From Eledone cirrhosa (taxonomy: Eukaryota), in contig OZ024741.1 in the NCBI GenBank assembly GCA_964016885.1, forward strand, positions 335,172,001 to 335,236,000: a stretch of DNA of 64,000 nt. The letters are read 5' to 3'. The position numbers and the translations under genes were made by a program. The notes under the pieces were generated by a model, which had not been told where the DNA came from, did not search any database, and saw only the letters and a program-made list of their open reading frames with translations. This document shows positions 1-13,489 of the stretch, one piece after another; the first letter of the stretch is position 1; each line of letters begins with the position of its first letter.

Positions 1-21
1 TATATACATATATATATACAT

Positions 22-81
<60 letters not shown>

Positions 82-138
82 GTATATGTGGGTGTATATA
101 TATATATATATGTGTGTGTGTGTATGTGTATATATATA

Positions 139-214
<76 letters not shown>

Positions 215-324
215 TATATAGATATATATATAGAGAGAGAGATATATATATATAGATAGATAGATACACACACACATACATATATATGTATATGTGGGTG
301 TATATATATGTGTATGTATGTGTA

Positions 325-416
<92 letters not shown>

Positions 417-465
417 GAGAGAGAGAGAGAGAGAAAGAGAGATATATAGATAGATACACACACAT
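1..465. repeat. Compound (TA)n/(CA)n/(GA)n microsatellite
   Basis: Directly visible dinucleotide runs; explains the YI/ER ORFs. Confidence 0.95.
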
Positions 466-1389
466 GCATGTGTTGCATTGCCACTCCCCCAGCTAGAACT
501 AACTACCTTTGTCTTCTTTCTTCTTACTGTTTGTTCAATCTTCAACACTCTCACCACCACTTCCCCCTCTTTCATCCCTCCCTAATCACCCCCACCACTC
601 CCCCACACAACCCCCACTAACTTCTCTTTTAGGTCACATCAAAGTAATCCATTTCTTCTACTTACCTCTAACCTTCGTTGCCATCAACCACCAAGTCTCA
701 ATCACACTATAATATATTGTTGTTGTTGGTTATTTACTTCTTTCTTTTATTATCATTATTATTATTGTTTTTCTTTTCACATTATTCACTCTCTCAAATC
801 CCTCCCTCATCCAGCACCTTCTGTTACCTCCCTCCCTGCATACACACACCTTATCCATTCCCATATCACATCTCCAAAGCTAGTCCAGTGACTGTCTCAG
901 TCACTCCACTATAACAAGCCAACCTGATATATTGCAGTCTTATTATTTTAGCAATCATATCATACCATCTCATCTCATATTATATTATATGATATTATTA
1001 ATTCCTGGAGTTCTTTTCTATTCTTTAAAACTGATTAATGCTGGCTTATCTTTGAGACTATCCAGAGAAACGAATGTTCTGATTATAGTAATAACCTTTA
1101 ACTCTGCCTCCATCATTTTTCTATATTTTTATCATGGTACTCTTTCTGTTTCGCCTTCCTTTCAAAAGAAATCAATGGTATGTCCATTCTTTAATATCTG
1201 GGAGTGGTTACAGCTGCACCCAACTTTTCAGTGCTGGATGTATGATGGATAGATAAGACAAGGGAAAGTGTGAGCCACTAGGTCAGAGCTTTTCTAACAT
1301 TTTCATATTGGTGACACACTTTTCAAATATATAATTTTTCATTGCGAAATATTTAGTGACATGAAATTAATTAAATTATTTGTTAGCAT

Positions 1390-1700
1390 TTAACAGATTT
1401 AGAAGAAAACATCTAAAAATAGGTTTGTTAATTCAAATGTTTATAGTATCGTTAATGGTGGATAAATCGTTGTGAAAATTTGCAGTATTATCTTTTAATA
1501 TCCTGTAATGATTTAGCAGAAAATATCTAAAAGTAGGTGTTAATTCAAAAGTTTATAGTACCTTTACTAGTGGACAGATCATTATGAAAATTTGCAGTCT
1601 TAGTGTACACAGTTCAATGTTTAATGTGATGCAGTCATAGTGATGTTTTCTACTCTTCAAGATCTTGCTAATGTTGCTTCATGTGGTATAGGATATCAAC
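1390..1700 (+). mobile_element. Partial copy of MITE with ~115-bp internal tandem units (family of 37014-37474)
   Basis: Unit atttagcagaaaatatcta...ttaattcaaatgttt...tgtgaaaatttgcagt repeated; 3' part similar to 37380-37470. Confidence 0.6.
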
Positions 1701-1719
1701 AATTAATAAATAATGAAAT

Positions 1720-1895
1720 AATTGTTTCTACTTTTGGCACAAGGCCAGCAATCACCCAGTGCATTACTGGTACTTTATTTTATCGACCCCGTAAGGATGA
1801 AAGGCAAAGTTAACCTTGACGGGATTTGAACTCAGACTGTAAAGGGAAAGCATGGCGTCCAACTCTCTACAGATACTGCCAATCCACCGCCCTTA
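1720..1895 (-). mobile_element. tRNA-derived SINE (Meta-domain-like core)
   Basis: Reverse complement of 3385-3580; B-box-like gagttcaaatccc and core ctttgcctttcatccttacggggtcgataaaataaagtaccag. Confidence 0.85.
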
Positions 1896-2700
1896 AATAA
1901 TGAAATAATGAAACATAACACCTGTCATATGACACCAGTCACATTATATCAACCACCACATGTTGAATTTTATGACAAGTTTCATATCTGAAATACAGTT
2001 CACAATAATTAGATTAAACGTAATTTCATGACACACCTCAGGATTATCATTGAACACAGCTTGAAAACATTAGCTCTAAGTTGTCATTTTACATGCTGGA
2101 AATAGCAACCAAATTTCCCTCAAAATACACATAAAATGCACATTTGTTAAAAAGAACTTGCCTGTAAGTATTCTTGCAAAGGTACCCCACCATCTCACCT
2201 CTTGTACACAGCATATATCCTCTTGTCTCCTCTCAAGCAACACAACAATTTCACCAGATCTATCTTTTATTGTGCCTCACATTGAGAGTAGCAGCCCCCA
2301 GATGTATTACCTAACAGTCTGACAGTGTGATTAGCTCCTTCAGTATTAGAGTTCTCTGTACCTGGGATGAAATGAGTGTGTATATATGTATATATCATCA
2401 CCACATAGTAACACATCTCTCCATCTTACTTAACGTTTGAAAATCACACAAATGTGAAACCAGTAAAGTTATTATTTAAATCTTCTTAAAGACTCCAATT
2501 ATATGTTCAACTTTCTTTTTCCTATATATATATAAAGCGAGAGATAGATAATTCTATAAGTTGATAAAACAACAGTAAAGCATTCAGATATTTATTTAAA
2601 GCTCAAATGTGGTTTATTTTATATCCAGAATAACTAGAGATATTTCAGAGGTAAATCCAGCTGGTACACTTCTGATCATTCTAGATTTAAATCACAGAGC

Positions 2701-2794
2701 ATATATTAACAAAGAAATAAGTCACCAAGTTCAGCAGTTGATACATTATTTGTTATATGTTATATATATAATATATTATATATATATAGAGATA

Positions 2795-2837
<43 letters not shown>

Positions 2838-2952
2838 GATCCTGATGATTTCTTTATAAAGATATTGTGAATAATATCCAAAGGGAATGAAACTTGTGTA
2901 GATCAAATAAATAATTTATTACTGCTGAACTTGGTGACATATTTCTTTGTTA

Positions 2953-2960
<8 letters not shown>
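2701..2960 (+). mobile_element. Penelope-like foldback element with hammerhead
   Basis: 2701-2738 is inverted to 2921-2958; hammerhead in between; flanked by TA runs. Confidence 0.65.
2836..2906 (+). ncRNA. Type I hammerhead ribozyme
   Basis: ttgatc-CTGATGA-[tttcttt..gatatt-gtgaat-aatatc..aaagggaat]-GAA-ACttgtGT-A-gatcaa; stem I ttgatc/gatcaa 6 bp, GUA site. Confidence 0.8.
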
Positions 2961-2996
<36 letters not shown>

Positions 2997-3384
2997 TAAC
3001 CCATTCTAGCGTGGAAGATAGACGTTAAACGATGATGATGCTGATGATGATGATATATATATGTATATACATGTATGCATGTGTATGTATATGTGCGGGG
3101 ACATAGAAATAATCAGGTTGGATACCCGATTGAGTGGTTAAACCACTGGGAGTGAAGGATCCCTAGCCTTTGTCAGGCCATTCTTCTAGAAGAAGGCAAC
3201 TCAGGAAACTAGGATAACTCTGACATAAAACCTGCGGCTCAGTAGTTACCGATGATGTTGATCTTTTCTTCTTTTCGGGTCATAGCTACTGTCGCTCAGA
3301 GAGTGGGATTGGCTCAGTGCACAGTCTTTCTTCACTTTAAAAGAAATCTTCATGCACATGCATTGCACAATAGCATTGATTAAT

Positions 3385-3582
3385 AAGGGCGGTGGATTGG
3401 CAGTATTGGTAGAGGGTTGGACGCCATGCTTTGACACATAGAGTTACGGCCCTTGCCATTCTGAGTTCAAATCCCGCCGAGGTTAACTTTGCCTTTCATC
3501 CTTACGGGGTTGATAAAATAAAGTACCAGTAATGTACTGGGTAATTGCTGGCCTTGTTCCAATAGTAGAAACAATTAATTAA
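3385..3582 (+). mobile_element. tRNA-derived SINE (Meta-domain-like core), full length
   Basis: A-box-like tggcagtattgg, B-box gagttcaaatccc, core as in other copies (12037-12215, 23140-23215, 30360-30535, 31838-32020, 40580-40762 on minus; older ones at 36690, 48810, 49025, 55530, 57520). Confidence 0.85.
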
Positions 3583-4504
3583 TAATTATTAATAATGGCA
3601 TATCGTGCAATGGCCATACTCGATAACAAGGGGACAGCCATTATATATATATGGGTATGTGTGTGATGCATTTATGGTTCAGGAACTGGAAAATAACCAA
3701 AATCAGGGTAGAACCATATATGTTTAGGTACAGAGTACATACAAACTTATAACCAATGAAAGTCCGTCTCTGATTTGGTTGTGAGGTTGATGATGGTAGT
3801 GGGGGTGATGATACTTATGTTAAGGGTGTTGAGGGTGATGGGTGTGATAGACAGAATTATGTTGATGTGGATGATTGTGGTGGGAATGATGGTGATTTGT
3901 GTGTTGGTGGGGTTGATGGAGCTGTGGGTGATGGTACTGGGGATGATTTTAATGATGATGATGATCTCAAATGCAATAATGAAACTCACAAAACATTACA
4001 TCAATCTATTTATTTAAGTTTTTCTAACCTTTTTCAAAGATTTCTTCTTTCTTCTTCTATATCTCTTTCTCATCCTCATTCTTTTTCTCTGGAATAAATC
4101 ACCTGTGTTCAGAACTGGAGAGTAGATGGCTTCCACCAGGATCACCCCCCCCCCCCCCCAAAAAAAAGAAGAAAAAAATTGTATGCCACTACAAAGCCCA
4201 TGCAACTCCCTCAGGAATGACAAGTTCATAAATACATTTTTGTTTTGTTTTGTTTTTTGTATAACTTTTTCTGATGATGTGGAAAAAAAAAATGTATATT
4301 AATCCTTCATCTAACAGATGTTGTTCAGTTTTTCCAGTGGGGAAAATAAAGTGTTGTCATGAGATTACAAATCTAAAAATACATGGTCCTCAATTTAAAA
4401 GACAACAGGGACTTTTGCAGCCTCAAATTCCTTAGCTACATTGAAGGACTATGATAGAATATAGTGCCCGTGTTAGTTTAGATTACAACAGAGAAATATA
4501 TATA

Positions 4505-4685
4505 TATAGAAATGGCTTCTACAGGACTAGAGCTGTTTCATTCAAAGGAAATTATCAGAAAGGCTTTCCAGATGATTTCCTTCAAATGAAACAGTTCTAG
4601 TCCTGTAGAAACCATTTCTAAATTAAATTACTAATGCATTGACTACCTTATTTACTGTTATTACCCTTGATTGAACCCGGGACTC
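4505..4685 (+). mobile_element. Hairpin element with two inverted degenerate hammerheads plus tail
   Basis: 4507-4560 inverted to 4567-4621; cores CTGATAA (minus) and CAGATGA (plus), GAA-ACAG..CTGT-A-gaa; tail ttgactaccttatttactg...ttgaacccgg; same family as 13178-13365 and 35043-35216. Confidence 0.75.
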
Positions 4686-5267
4686 ACACACATATATACA
4701 TACACACACACAGACATATATATATATATATATATATAATAAAATCAAGGTTTAGCAAACAGAGAAAAAGTTTTAAAATAAATTTTTAAAATCCCAAAAT
4801 AAATGGATAATCCAGGCAGACGTCCATTGAGAAGGGGACTCTCGTCAGAAGGTTCTTCTCAGTCAGAGAATATAAAATTCCCGAGTTCAAATCACAGACT
4901 GGCGCCATACAAAACTGTTCCCGGATGAGAGTGACTGCGGAAGGAACCAATTTTGTCTAGTGACGTGTGTAAAGACAGAAGGCAAGGGCAGACAGGTCAA
5001 TGTCCTGCCATTAGAAATAGCAGCAGTTCAAACGACCAAAATGTTATCTCAACCTTAGGGGAGATTAATAATAAAATTCGCAAACTTGAGGTTGTGAGTT
5101 CCATTCCTGGACTGGGCGATGTGTTATGTCCTTGAGCAAGACACTTTATTTAATGTTGCTCCTTCTACCTGGAGTTGCAACCGATAGATAGTATTAGCAA
5201 CGGGAAAGACCAACGGAAACATTGTTTCCTCGGTCCGATTTGATGAAAGTTGATCGATCCTTATATA

Positions 5268-5669
5268 CGAGGGTAATTCCAAAAGTAAGGTCTCCAAAGA
5301 GATGGGGACACAGAGAAGCAGAGAAACTGTTCGTACGGCTGTTGGCAACACTGTTGTGATTGGTGCTTCCTTCACTCCCAAACAAGCATGCGCGTGCTTC
5401 GCTGGGATGCTCAATCTTGGCTTGGCAGCCGTTGAGAATGGAGCTCCCGTTGAACGCTACCGCCAAGTGCGAATTTTGCGCAGTTATTATATATGAGGGC
5501 AATCCCAATAGTAAGGTCTCCTTCCGAGGAAAACATGTGTAAAGATCAGCGGATCACTCTGGATGTTCTCTGCATTTTGGTTCCTGAGGTTTCCCGAAGC
5601 ACCATCCACAGGATTTTAATGGAAAAGTTTCAATATCGGAAGGAGACCTTATTTTTAGGATTGCCCTCG
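5268..5669 (+). mobile_element. Internally deleted mariner with duplicated left TIR
   Basis: TA-cgagggtaattccaaaagtaaggtctcc at 5268, second left TIR at ~5494, right TIR ggagaccttatttttaggattgccctcg-TA; transposase remnants MELPLNATAKCE and DQRITLD..SRSTIHRIL..YRK. Confidence 0.85.
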
Positions 5670-6261
5670 TATATATATAGTGAAGAATAAGTATGCATAA
5701 TGGGTTTTTACAACAATTTATTTTGAAATTTTCCATTACAAATGTTTTGACAGGTTTGATGACTATACTATGTATCAATCTGACCTCTTCAGATGATCTT
5801 CCAAACATTATTTTTATCCACCCTTGGTTCTCTGGAGAACCCAGAGTGGCTATATATATATATATATATATATATAACATATATATAGGTCCCTCTCTAT
5901 ATATAAACAATATTGTAGATTATTCATAAGATTCTCTATATTTCATTAGAATTCTTCTGGTTATCGATTTAAAAGTAATAACTAATAGGGAAGAACACAT
6001 AGCAATGTTATATTTTTCATCATAATGTTGAGAACCCTGGTGATTCTCGCTAGGGTACCCTAACCAATGCTCTCTCTCCACCTCTCTCTCTCTCTCTCTC
6101 TTTCTTGCCCTAGGTTGTTCAAGAATTGATGTAAATCTTGCTCTTAGCCAATGTATTTATTCATGAAGTAAGATAGTATTGATCATAGACTTAGAGACAG
6201 AGAGTGAGTGAGAGAGAGGGAGTGTGTGTATGAGAGAGAGAAAATGTCTATGTGAGAGAGA

Positions 6262-6306
<45 letters not shown>

Positions 6307-6654
6307 CTGCAGGAGAAGCTCTAATTTGGGACTGACTGGTACTCTCAAAATTCCAATATGTGTAAAGAAAATATTGTAAAACTAACAAAGACACAACCAT
6401 TTTTTTTTTACTATTTTTTTAGCAGAAACTAAAATAGAACTTCTATTTCTAAATCTTATCACAAAAAATACACACATATATATATATAAAGTTTTCCTTT
6501 TTTATATATATATATTTATCATGCACACATACATATACATACACACACGCACACATATATATATATGATAAATATATATAAAAAAAAGGTTTGGAAAGCT
6601 TTAGGGAGGAAGCTATATAGTTATTCACTTTTGGCTTCAGGGAAATTCTTTTCT

Positions 6655-6715
<61 letters not shown>

Positions 6716-7280
6716 TATACATGTGTGTGTGTGCTGATGTATGTTTTTGTTTTTTTGTTTTTTAAATATTGTAGAGTTGAAATATATGGTTGCCAAATTG
6801 TATTCAAACATTTTACAATAGCTAAATAAGAATTGCTTAATTGTGGAGGTTATAATGGTGGCAATGATGATCATAATCAGAAGTGATAATGAAGATGATG
6901 GTGGTGGTAGTGGTGATTACCGTCATCATCATCATTAACATATGTATCATGATAGTAGTAGTGGTGGTGGTATTCCTGGGAAGTTTGGGGGAGTTTTGGG
7001 ACATTTATGATGGAAAAAAAAAATAAGTGTCAAAATAATATGGTGTATCCAACATTGGCACCAGGCACTATATTGTGATGGGTTTGTGGTGTGGTCAGAT
7101 AAATCAAACCTCACCCCTCCTCCTCCCCACCATCATCATTATACTCCTCCTTCTCCTCATCCCCACACCCTCATCTTCACCGTTCTCATTCTTCCATCCT
7201 CCATCTCTGGACATGCTTAGTGAATAAAGCCCCTTGCAATATTGTTTCTACATCAGGTTTCAAACACTCCCTCATTAAAC

Positions 7281-7282
<2 letters not shown>

Positions 7283-7311
<29 letters not shown>

Positions 7312-7545
7312 CTTCTTCTTCTTTGTCTTTTTTTCTTCTTCTTCTTTTCCTTCTTCTTCTTTGGCCAATTATTCCTGAGAGGGTCATGGGCAGAATCCTC
7401 AAACACTCCTTCCAGGAGGTCCTCTCAGAAGCAACTGTCTCCAACTGATCTGGCTGGATCCCCAAGTGTGACCAGCCAAGCTCATGGATGTTATCCAACC
7501 ATCTTGCTTGGGTTCTACCCCCAGTTCTCCTTCCTGTTGATTTAA
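7283..7545 (-). mobile_element. Old RTE (Expander/Rex3-like) 3' fragment with (GAA)n tail
   Basis: Minus frame RWLDNIHELGWSHLGI...ASERTSWKECLRILP resembles an RTE ORF C-terminus; followed by GAA repeats. Confidence 0.55.
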
Positions 7546-8029
7546 GGGAAAGAAGAGAGATTGTTCCAATTACAGAAGGATCTCCTAGTTAAACCTCCCT
7601 GGTAAAGTCTCTGCTAAGTCATTAAACTCTATCTTTCAAAATTTAAAAAAACAGGGATGGACCCATTGAAAATTTATATCTACTGACACTACTGTTAACC
7701 AGTTGTAGTATAGTAAAATATATATAAATGAATATATAAACTAGCAGATGAGAAAGTCAATGCAATAAAGTACCAGTAGTGTACTGTGGTAAATTTAATT
7801 GATTCTCCTTTCCTGAAATTTGTGGTTTTGTGCCTACTTGTTGAGGAAAGATGTTAATTTACCTGGTGGCAGGAGTGATGGAAATGAATGTGGAAGGAGG
7901 TAGAGGAAGTGGAAGACCAAAGAAGACAGGTGAAAGATAATGCAAGAGGACACGAAAACTAAGGGATTTGTGAGAGACAGATGAAAACTAAAGGGCAAAA
8001 TGGAGGTCCGCATGAAGACATGTGGCCTA

Positions 8030-8168
8030 TACCAGTAATAGCTGGATGTTTAACCCTGCAATGGACTAGCATCCTGTCCAAGGAAGAGCCTTGTAATCTC
8101 TGTCGCTTAACTCCATGGAAACTGGGATAGGCATGAACCTGATGAGCCTCCGGGCTCAAGACAGATTT
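8030..8168 (+). mobile_element. V-domain-like SINE fragment
   Basis: taaccctgcaatggactagcatcctgtcca...actgggatag..cctgatgagc; related copies at 33010-33262, 38716-38775 (minus), 63630-63740. Confidence 0.6.
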
Positions 8169-8569
8169 TATTGACCTGCATGGTTAACCCTGCTTCATGA
8201 TGGGATTGGTCATAACTCTTTAGATACCAAACTGCCTGTAACTGATCATTTTAAAATGTTTATCCTTATATTAAATCTTTCCTTCATAATTTTATTGAAC
8301 AAATTTTTGTTCAGTAATTTTCTACATACCAACTTACTAATGAAAAAGTTATTTTATTAAATTCCTCCCAGTATTTGTATTTAATTATTTTCAAAAATAA
8401 TTGTAGCATATAAGTAGTGTATTTCATTAAATGGACGCCAACTTGTCTCGAAACATGACAATGTGGAAATACTGTGGATCAATTTTTTGCAGACACAACA
8501 GTATGTTTTCTTCTTTGTGTTTATGGGTGACATTATATTTATACTCCATGTGTGTTTCCTAAATAGAAT

Positions 8570-8850
8570 ATTAGTCTACGACTTCATTTATACCATAAAC
8601 GTGGTTTTGTCTTTGCGTGTAATTGTTCTCACCGCTCCAAATAATGACGTATTATCTTCGCTTTTTTTTCCATTCATTGCCAGGGAACGTCTCCACGAAC
8701 CAAAGTATCGTCTTCCTGTTTTCCTTCGGTTGCAACGTTTTTTGAAGTATTTACTTCTGCGTCACAGATTGATTTTTTTTAGTTTCAGAAGATCCCGTTA
8801 AGGGTGAAAGCAGCGGTTCTTTGCTTCAACTTTAATCTGTTATTTTAATG
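8570..8850 (+). mobile_element. Single-arm copy of the 21298-21965 foldback family
   Basis: tagtctacgac..taccataaacgtgg...cccgttaag..gtgaaagcagcg..actttaatctgttattttaat matches 21682-21958; ends in TA run. Confidence 0.85.
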
Positions 8851-9333
8851 TATATATATATATATATACAAAATTTAGTACAGCATCAACGAAGCCATGG
8901 TTGCAGCCAAGCTAACGAATGCAGTTTCGGTGTGCAGTCAAGCACTCGATAGGGTATATAACCCTAGAGTTATAACATTACGTTTAGATAGCTTTGCAAA
9001 ATAAAGACAGCGACCGATAGAAGGGCCACAGTGACATAGCCACGAAAAAGACTGAACTCAGGAAAAATTTGACTAACCTGGACCATTGCGTTGACATCAT
9101 ACATAACATATAATACATATAATATATACCATATAATATACATCATATATAATCCACAATATCTCCGCTAGGTTTCTGTAAATCCTAAATCAACAAAATC
9201 CACTTGCAGGGGTCTGCAAGTTAATGGTTTTTGAAGATAGAACAATGGAGTTTTACTTCATCAACAAGTTTTTCGTTCTGGTCCACCCGGGTGTTTTATG
9301 CTAGAGTAAGCGGTGCTAGCAAACACATGGTTT

Positions 9334-9466
9334 AGGAAAAGAGTCAGGACCCCAACGGCTGAGCTCCAGCTGTTTCTTTTCCTATTACCCACTCTACTAC
9401 CCTAAGTATTGAGTACTCTGGTGTGTTATGGTACACCTGATATCTTACCACACCTTCTTTGTTATA
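9334..9466 (+). mobile_element. Short hairpin+tail element (family of 13490-13695, 46715-46875, 52825-53015)
   Basis: Shared tttcctattacccactctactaccctaagtattgagtactctggtg..ttatgg..ttaccaca..ctttgtta then (TA)n. Confidence 0.8.
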
Positions 9467-9689
9467 TATATATATACATTTGTCTGTAACTCCTTGCAAT
9501 TCTCTAGACTAAATACTTATTCAGTTCAAAGCTGAATCATATCTCATCTAAGCTAATACCCTGCATTTTCCCTGCTTGGAAGGGTGGGACGGGAACTGAT
9601 TCTGGCTTGATTTCTACAGCTAGATGCCCTTACAGTGAGTGGTGGGTACCTCCACGACCACTTTGCAGTGGAATGATATGGACCCCAGT

Positions 9690-9837
9690 CCCTATCATCT
9701 CATTTCTACAGCTGAGTAAACTGGAGCAATGTGAAATAAAGTGTCTTGCTCAAGGAAACAACACATCACCCAGTCTGAGAATTGAACTCACAACCTTTCA
9801 ATTGCAAGGCCAATGCTCTAACCACTAAGCCATGTAA

Positions 9838-9840
<3 letters not shown>
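9690..9840 (-). mobile_element. tRNA-headed SINE (CORE-like)
   Basis: Minus strand tggcttagtggttagagcattgg..gagttcaattc (A/B boxes) then ccttgagcaagacactttatttcacattgctccag. Confidence 0.75.
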
Positions 9841-10385
<545 letters not shown>

Positions 10386-10470
10386 TTACATGGCTTAGTG
10401 GTTAGAGCATTGGCCTTGCAATTGAAAGGTTGTGAGTTCAATTCTCAGACTGGGTGATGTGTTGTTTCCT

Positions 10471-10505
<35 letters not shown>

Positions 10506-10704
10506 CTTTAGGTTTGTTGGTTCACAACTGGATAGAACTGGTCATTGCGTATGGTCAATCCTGGTGTAATAGTGTGAAGAGTACTCAACGCAGTACAGTT
10601 CACCCATCTTCGTTTGTGTAGTTGGTGGTGCGAATACGGAGTTAATTATAAATTAAATAAAATAACAGGAGGCTGGACTGGTGTAAATCCTTGAAAGGTT
10701 TATT

Positions 10705-10762
10705 ATACTATGATCATTTCAATGACCGGGTTCCATATGAATCCGGTGATATCATCAGGTAT
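10705..10762 (-). ncRNA. Type I hammerhead ribozyme
   Basis: Minus: atac-CTGATGA-tatcaccggattcatatggaacccggtcatt-GAA-ATGATCAT-A-gtat; stem II accgg/ccggt, palindromic stem III. Confidence 0.8.
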
Positions 10763-12997
10763 TGGAATATAACAAAGGAATATGTAAAAAACCATGGGTC
10801 CGAAAAATCAGAGACAGAGACAAAGAGGACGACTGACCAACTAGCTTCTCGGCCAGTCACCCTTAAAGTGTTGGCAACTGAATCTACTAATGAATATCTG
10901 GTGAGATGGCGAAGGCTTATAATGCACTACCACCACTCCGTCAAAGAAAAAGGGGAAGAAAGAAAGGGAGAAAGAAGTCAGTGTAAGGGTCATACTACAT
11001 TCATGCTAGAAAATGCCGCGAAAAAATGCTACTCCAAAGAATCTATAATGGGTGTCTGTATGGTCTAATGTGTGAACCGAAGATTGGAACGTAAAACTTA
11101 TGTTGCGAGTTATAGGATGAAATTAAATTAAATTAAAAATATTAAATTGCAAAATGATAAATTGAAAAATAAGTTATTAGAGAATTAAAGATTAAGGTAG
11201 CAAGATTTATTTATTTAATGAACTTACGGAGAGAGTCTTATATGAAAAAATTTATCTTGATAAGATATCAGGATGGGATATAGAGTAAAGATTTTGATTG
11301 CGAGTCCCAGCCAGCACCCCCACCCCACCATGAGTCAGCCAGTCTCGAGTGGTATCGTCCAGCGAAAGAAATGGAAATTAATTTTTCCAAGTACTCTCGG
11401 AACGTAGCTAGCTTAGGCCCTGGGTGCGCTAGCGGGAACTCCACAATTTTGACAGGCCATCGTCTATACCAAACGAATACTATTAAATCACACATGAGGG
11501 GTTTATTTACGTGCCAGTAGAGGCATGATACAGCTAATAGTTATGCCTAAACCTGGAGTTTATAGGTACAGGTATAATGCGGCGGCCAAAACAGGCGGCG
11601 CAGTGGGACTGGGGCAAAGCAAGCCGCTCCGAGTAATTTCGTTTACCGAAAGAGGAGAAATTAATTTTTCCGAGCACTCAAGGAAGGCTGAACTTTCCGA
11701 GTGCCCAGCGCGCAGCCGGGAAAAGCCACCACACAAGTCGAAGGTAGCAACCCAATGAAAAGTGCAAATAGACCAAAATTATTTTAAAGTCCCAGTTAGT
11801 CTGGGTTATAAGTAGTGTGGTTCTTAGGTGGGTAGGGGGCTATGAAAGGTGCATAATGACCTGAGTAAGGAAAGTTACAAAAAAATAATAAAAGCAGCAT
11901 ACAAAGATAAAATACCAATATAAATATAGAATACATTGATAAAAATACATTAATAAAATAATAAAAAAATAATAAAATAATAAAAAAATTAATAAAGGTA
12001 AATAAGAATCAATATAGATCAAGTTGTAGTAAGATAATTGTTTCTATTTTAGGCACAAAGCCAGCAATTACCCAGTACATTACTGGTACTTTATTTTATC
12101 GACCCCATAAGGATGAAAGGCAAAGTTAACCTCGGCCGGATTTGAACTCAGATCATAAAGGGACGTAACTCTATGCTTCAAAGCATGGTGTCCAACCCTC
12201 TACCGATACTGCCAAAGATAATACAAGTTGTACATATAGATATAGAGGATGGAGGAGATGGAATGGTAACAGGTTGTACCTAGTGTAAAGTTCGGGTCTC
12301 TGAATTCAGTGCGTGTCACAAAAAGTCCTGAGGTATAGAGTAGAGAATTCAGTCAATACAATACATGTTTTAGTATAATACGTAGAGTTTGTCGGAATCG
12401 GAATCATCCCGACAAGGAAGTAGTATCAGGTGGCGGTAGATAAGGCGCAGAGCAGCCAAAATCCGAATGGTAAGTAGATCAGTTAATCCCATGCTGGTAA
12501 TAGCTGTACACTGAAGTCAGTGCCGCTGTTCAATATTACATTTTGAAGTGCTCAACATTATAGGAGCATTATTTCCTTAGGTTTGTTGGTTCACCACTGG
12601 ATTTTGCAATTTAATATTTTTAATTTAATTTAATTTCATCCTATAACTCGCAACATAAGTTTAACGTTCCAATCTTCGGTTCACACATTTGACCATACAG
12701 ACACCCATTATAGATTCTTTGGAGTAGCATTTTTTCGGAGCATTTTCTAGCATGAATGTAGTATGACCCTTACACTGACTTCTTTCTCCCTTTCTTTCTT
12801 TCTTCCCCTTTTTCTTTGACGGAGTGGTGGTAGTGCATTATAAGCCTTCGCCCCCTCACCAGATATTCATTAGTAGATTCAGTTGTCAACACTTTAAGGG
12901 TGACGGGCCGAGAAGCTAGTTGGTCAGTCGTCCTCTTTGTCTCTGTCTCTGATTTTTCGGACCCATGGTTTTTTACATATTCCTTTGTTATATTCCA

Positions 12998-13055
12998 ATA
13001 CCTGATGATATCACCAGATTCATATGGAACCCGGTCATTGAAATGATCATAGTAT
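12998..13055 (+). ncRNA. Type I hammerhead ribozyme (inverted partner of 10705-10762)
   Basis: atac-CTGATGA-...-GAA-ATGATCAT-A-gtat. Confidence 0.78.
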
Positions 13056-13103
13056 AATAAACCTTTCAAGGATTTACACCAGTCCAGCCTCCTGTTATTT
13101 TAT

Positions 13104-13177
<74 letters not shown>

Positions 13178-13179
<2 letters not shown>

Positions 13180-13362
13180 TAAGTTATTCCGGGTTGAATC
13201 AGAGGGAACCACAGTAAGTAAGGTACTCAAAACATAGCAGAGTATAAGAGTTTTAATATAGATGAGATTATACAGGACTAGAACTGTTTCATTCTTTAGA
13301 AATCATCAGGAATCTCTGATGATTTCTAAAGAATGAAACAGTTCTAGTCCTGTAGAATCTCA

Positions 13363-13366
<4 letters not shown>
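13178..13366 (-). mobile_element. Hairpin element with two back-to-back hammerhead cores plus tail
   Basis: Near-perfect palindrome 13257-13366 centred at ~13312; CTGATGA-tttctaaagaat-GAA-ACAG-ttctagtc-CTGT-A on both strands; tail with aaggtactcaa. Confidence 0.85.
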
Positions 13367-13409
<43 letters not shown>

Positions 13410-13424
13410 GTATATATATATGTG

Positions 13425-13475
<51 letters not shown>

Positions 13476-13489
13476 GTATATATATATAT

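Larger units (their letters stand above)
10501..13110 (-). mobile_element. 2.6-kb Penelope-like element with ~500-bp inverted terminal arms, each with a hammerhead
   Basis: 10655-11150 inverted to 12600-13108 (same spurious ORF MKGLLYYDH on both strands); tail 10501-10650 with gagtactcaac; flanked by (TA)n; SINE inserted at 12037-12215. Confidence 0.8.

Noticed and set aside
4271-4290. CTGATGA followed by GAAA
   Set aside because: No stems; runs into poly-A
4815-4855. Minus-strand CTGACGA-gagtcc..ggac-gtc
   Set aside because: GAAA missing and no stem I; at most a deleted relic
8139-8160. CTGATGA plus hairpin (also 33233, 38733 minus)
   Set aside because: No GAAA after stem II; part of a V-like SINE 3' region
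10389-10450. tRNA gene
   Set aside because: Has A/B boxes but no acceptor stem, and continues into the SINE body
10691-11068. Duplicated ORF MKGLLYYDH (also 12770-13069)
   Set aside because: Non-ATG start, antisense to the hammerhead; duplication explained by the inverted arms
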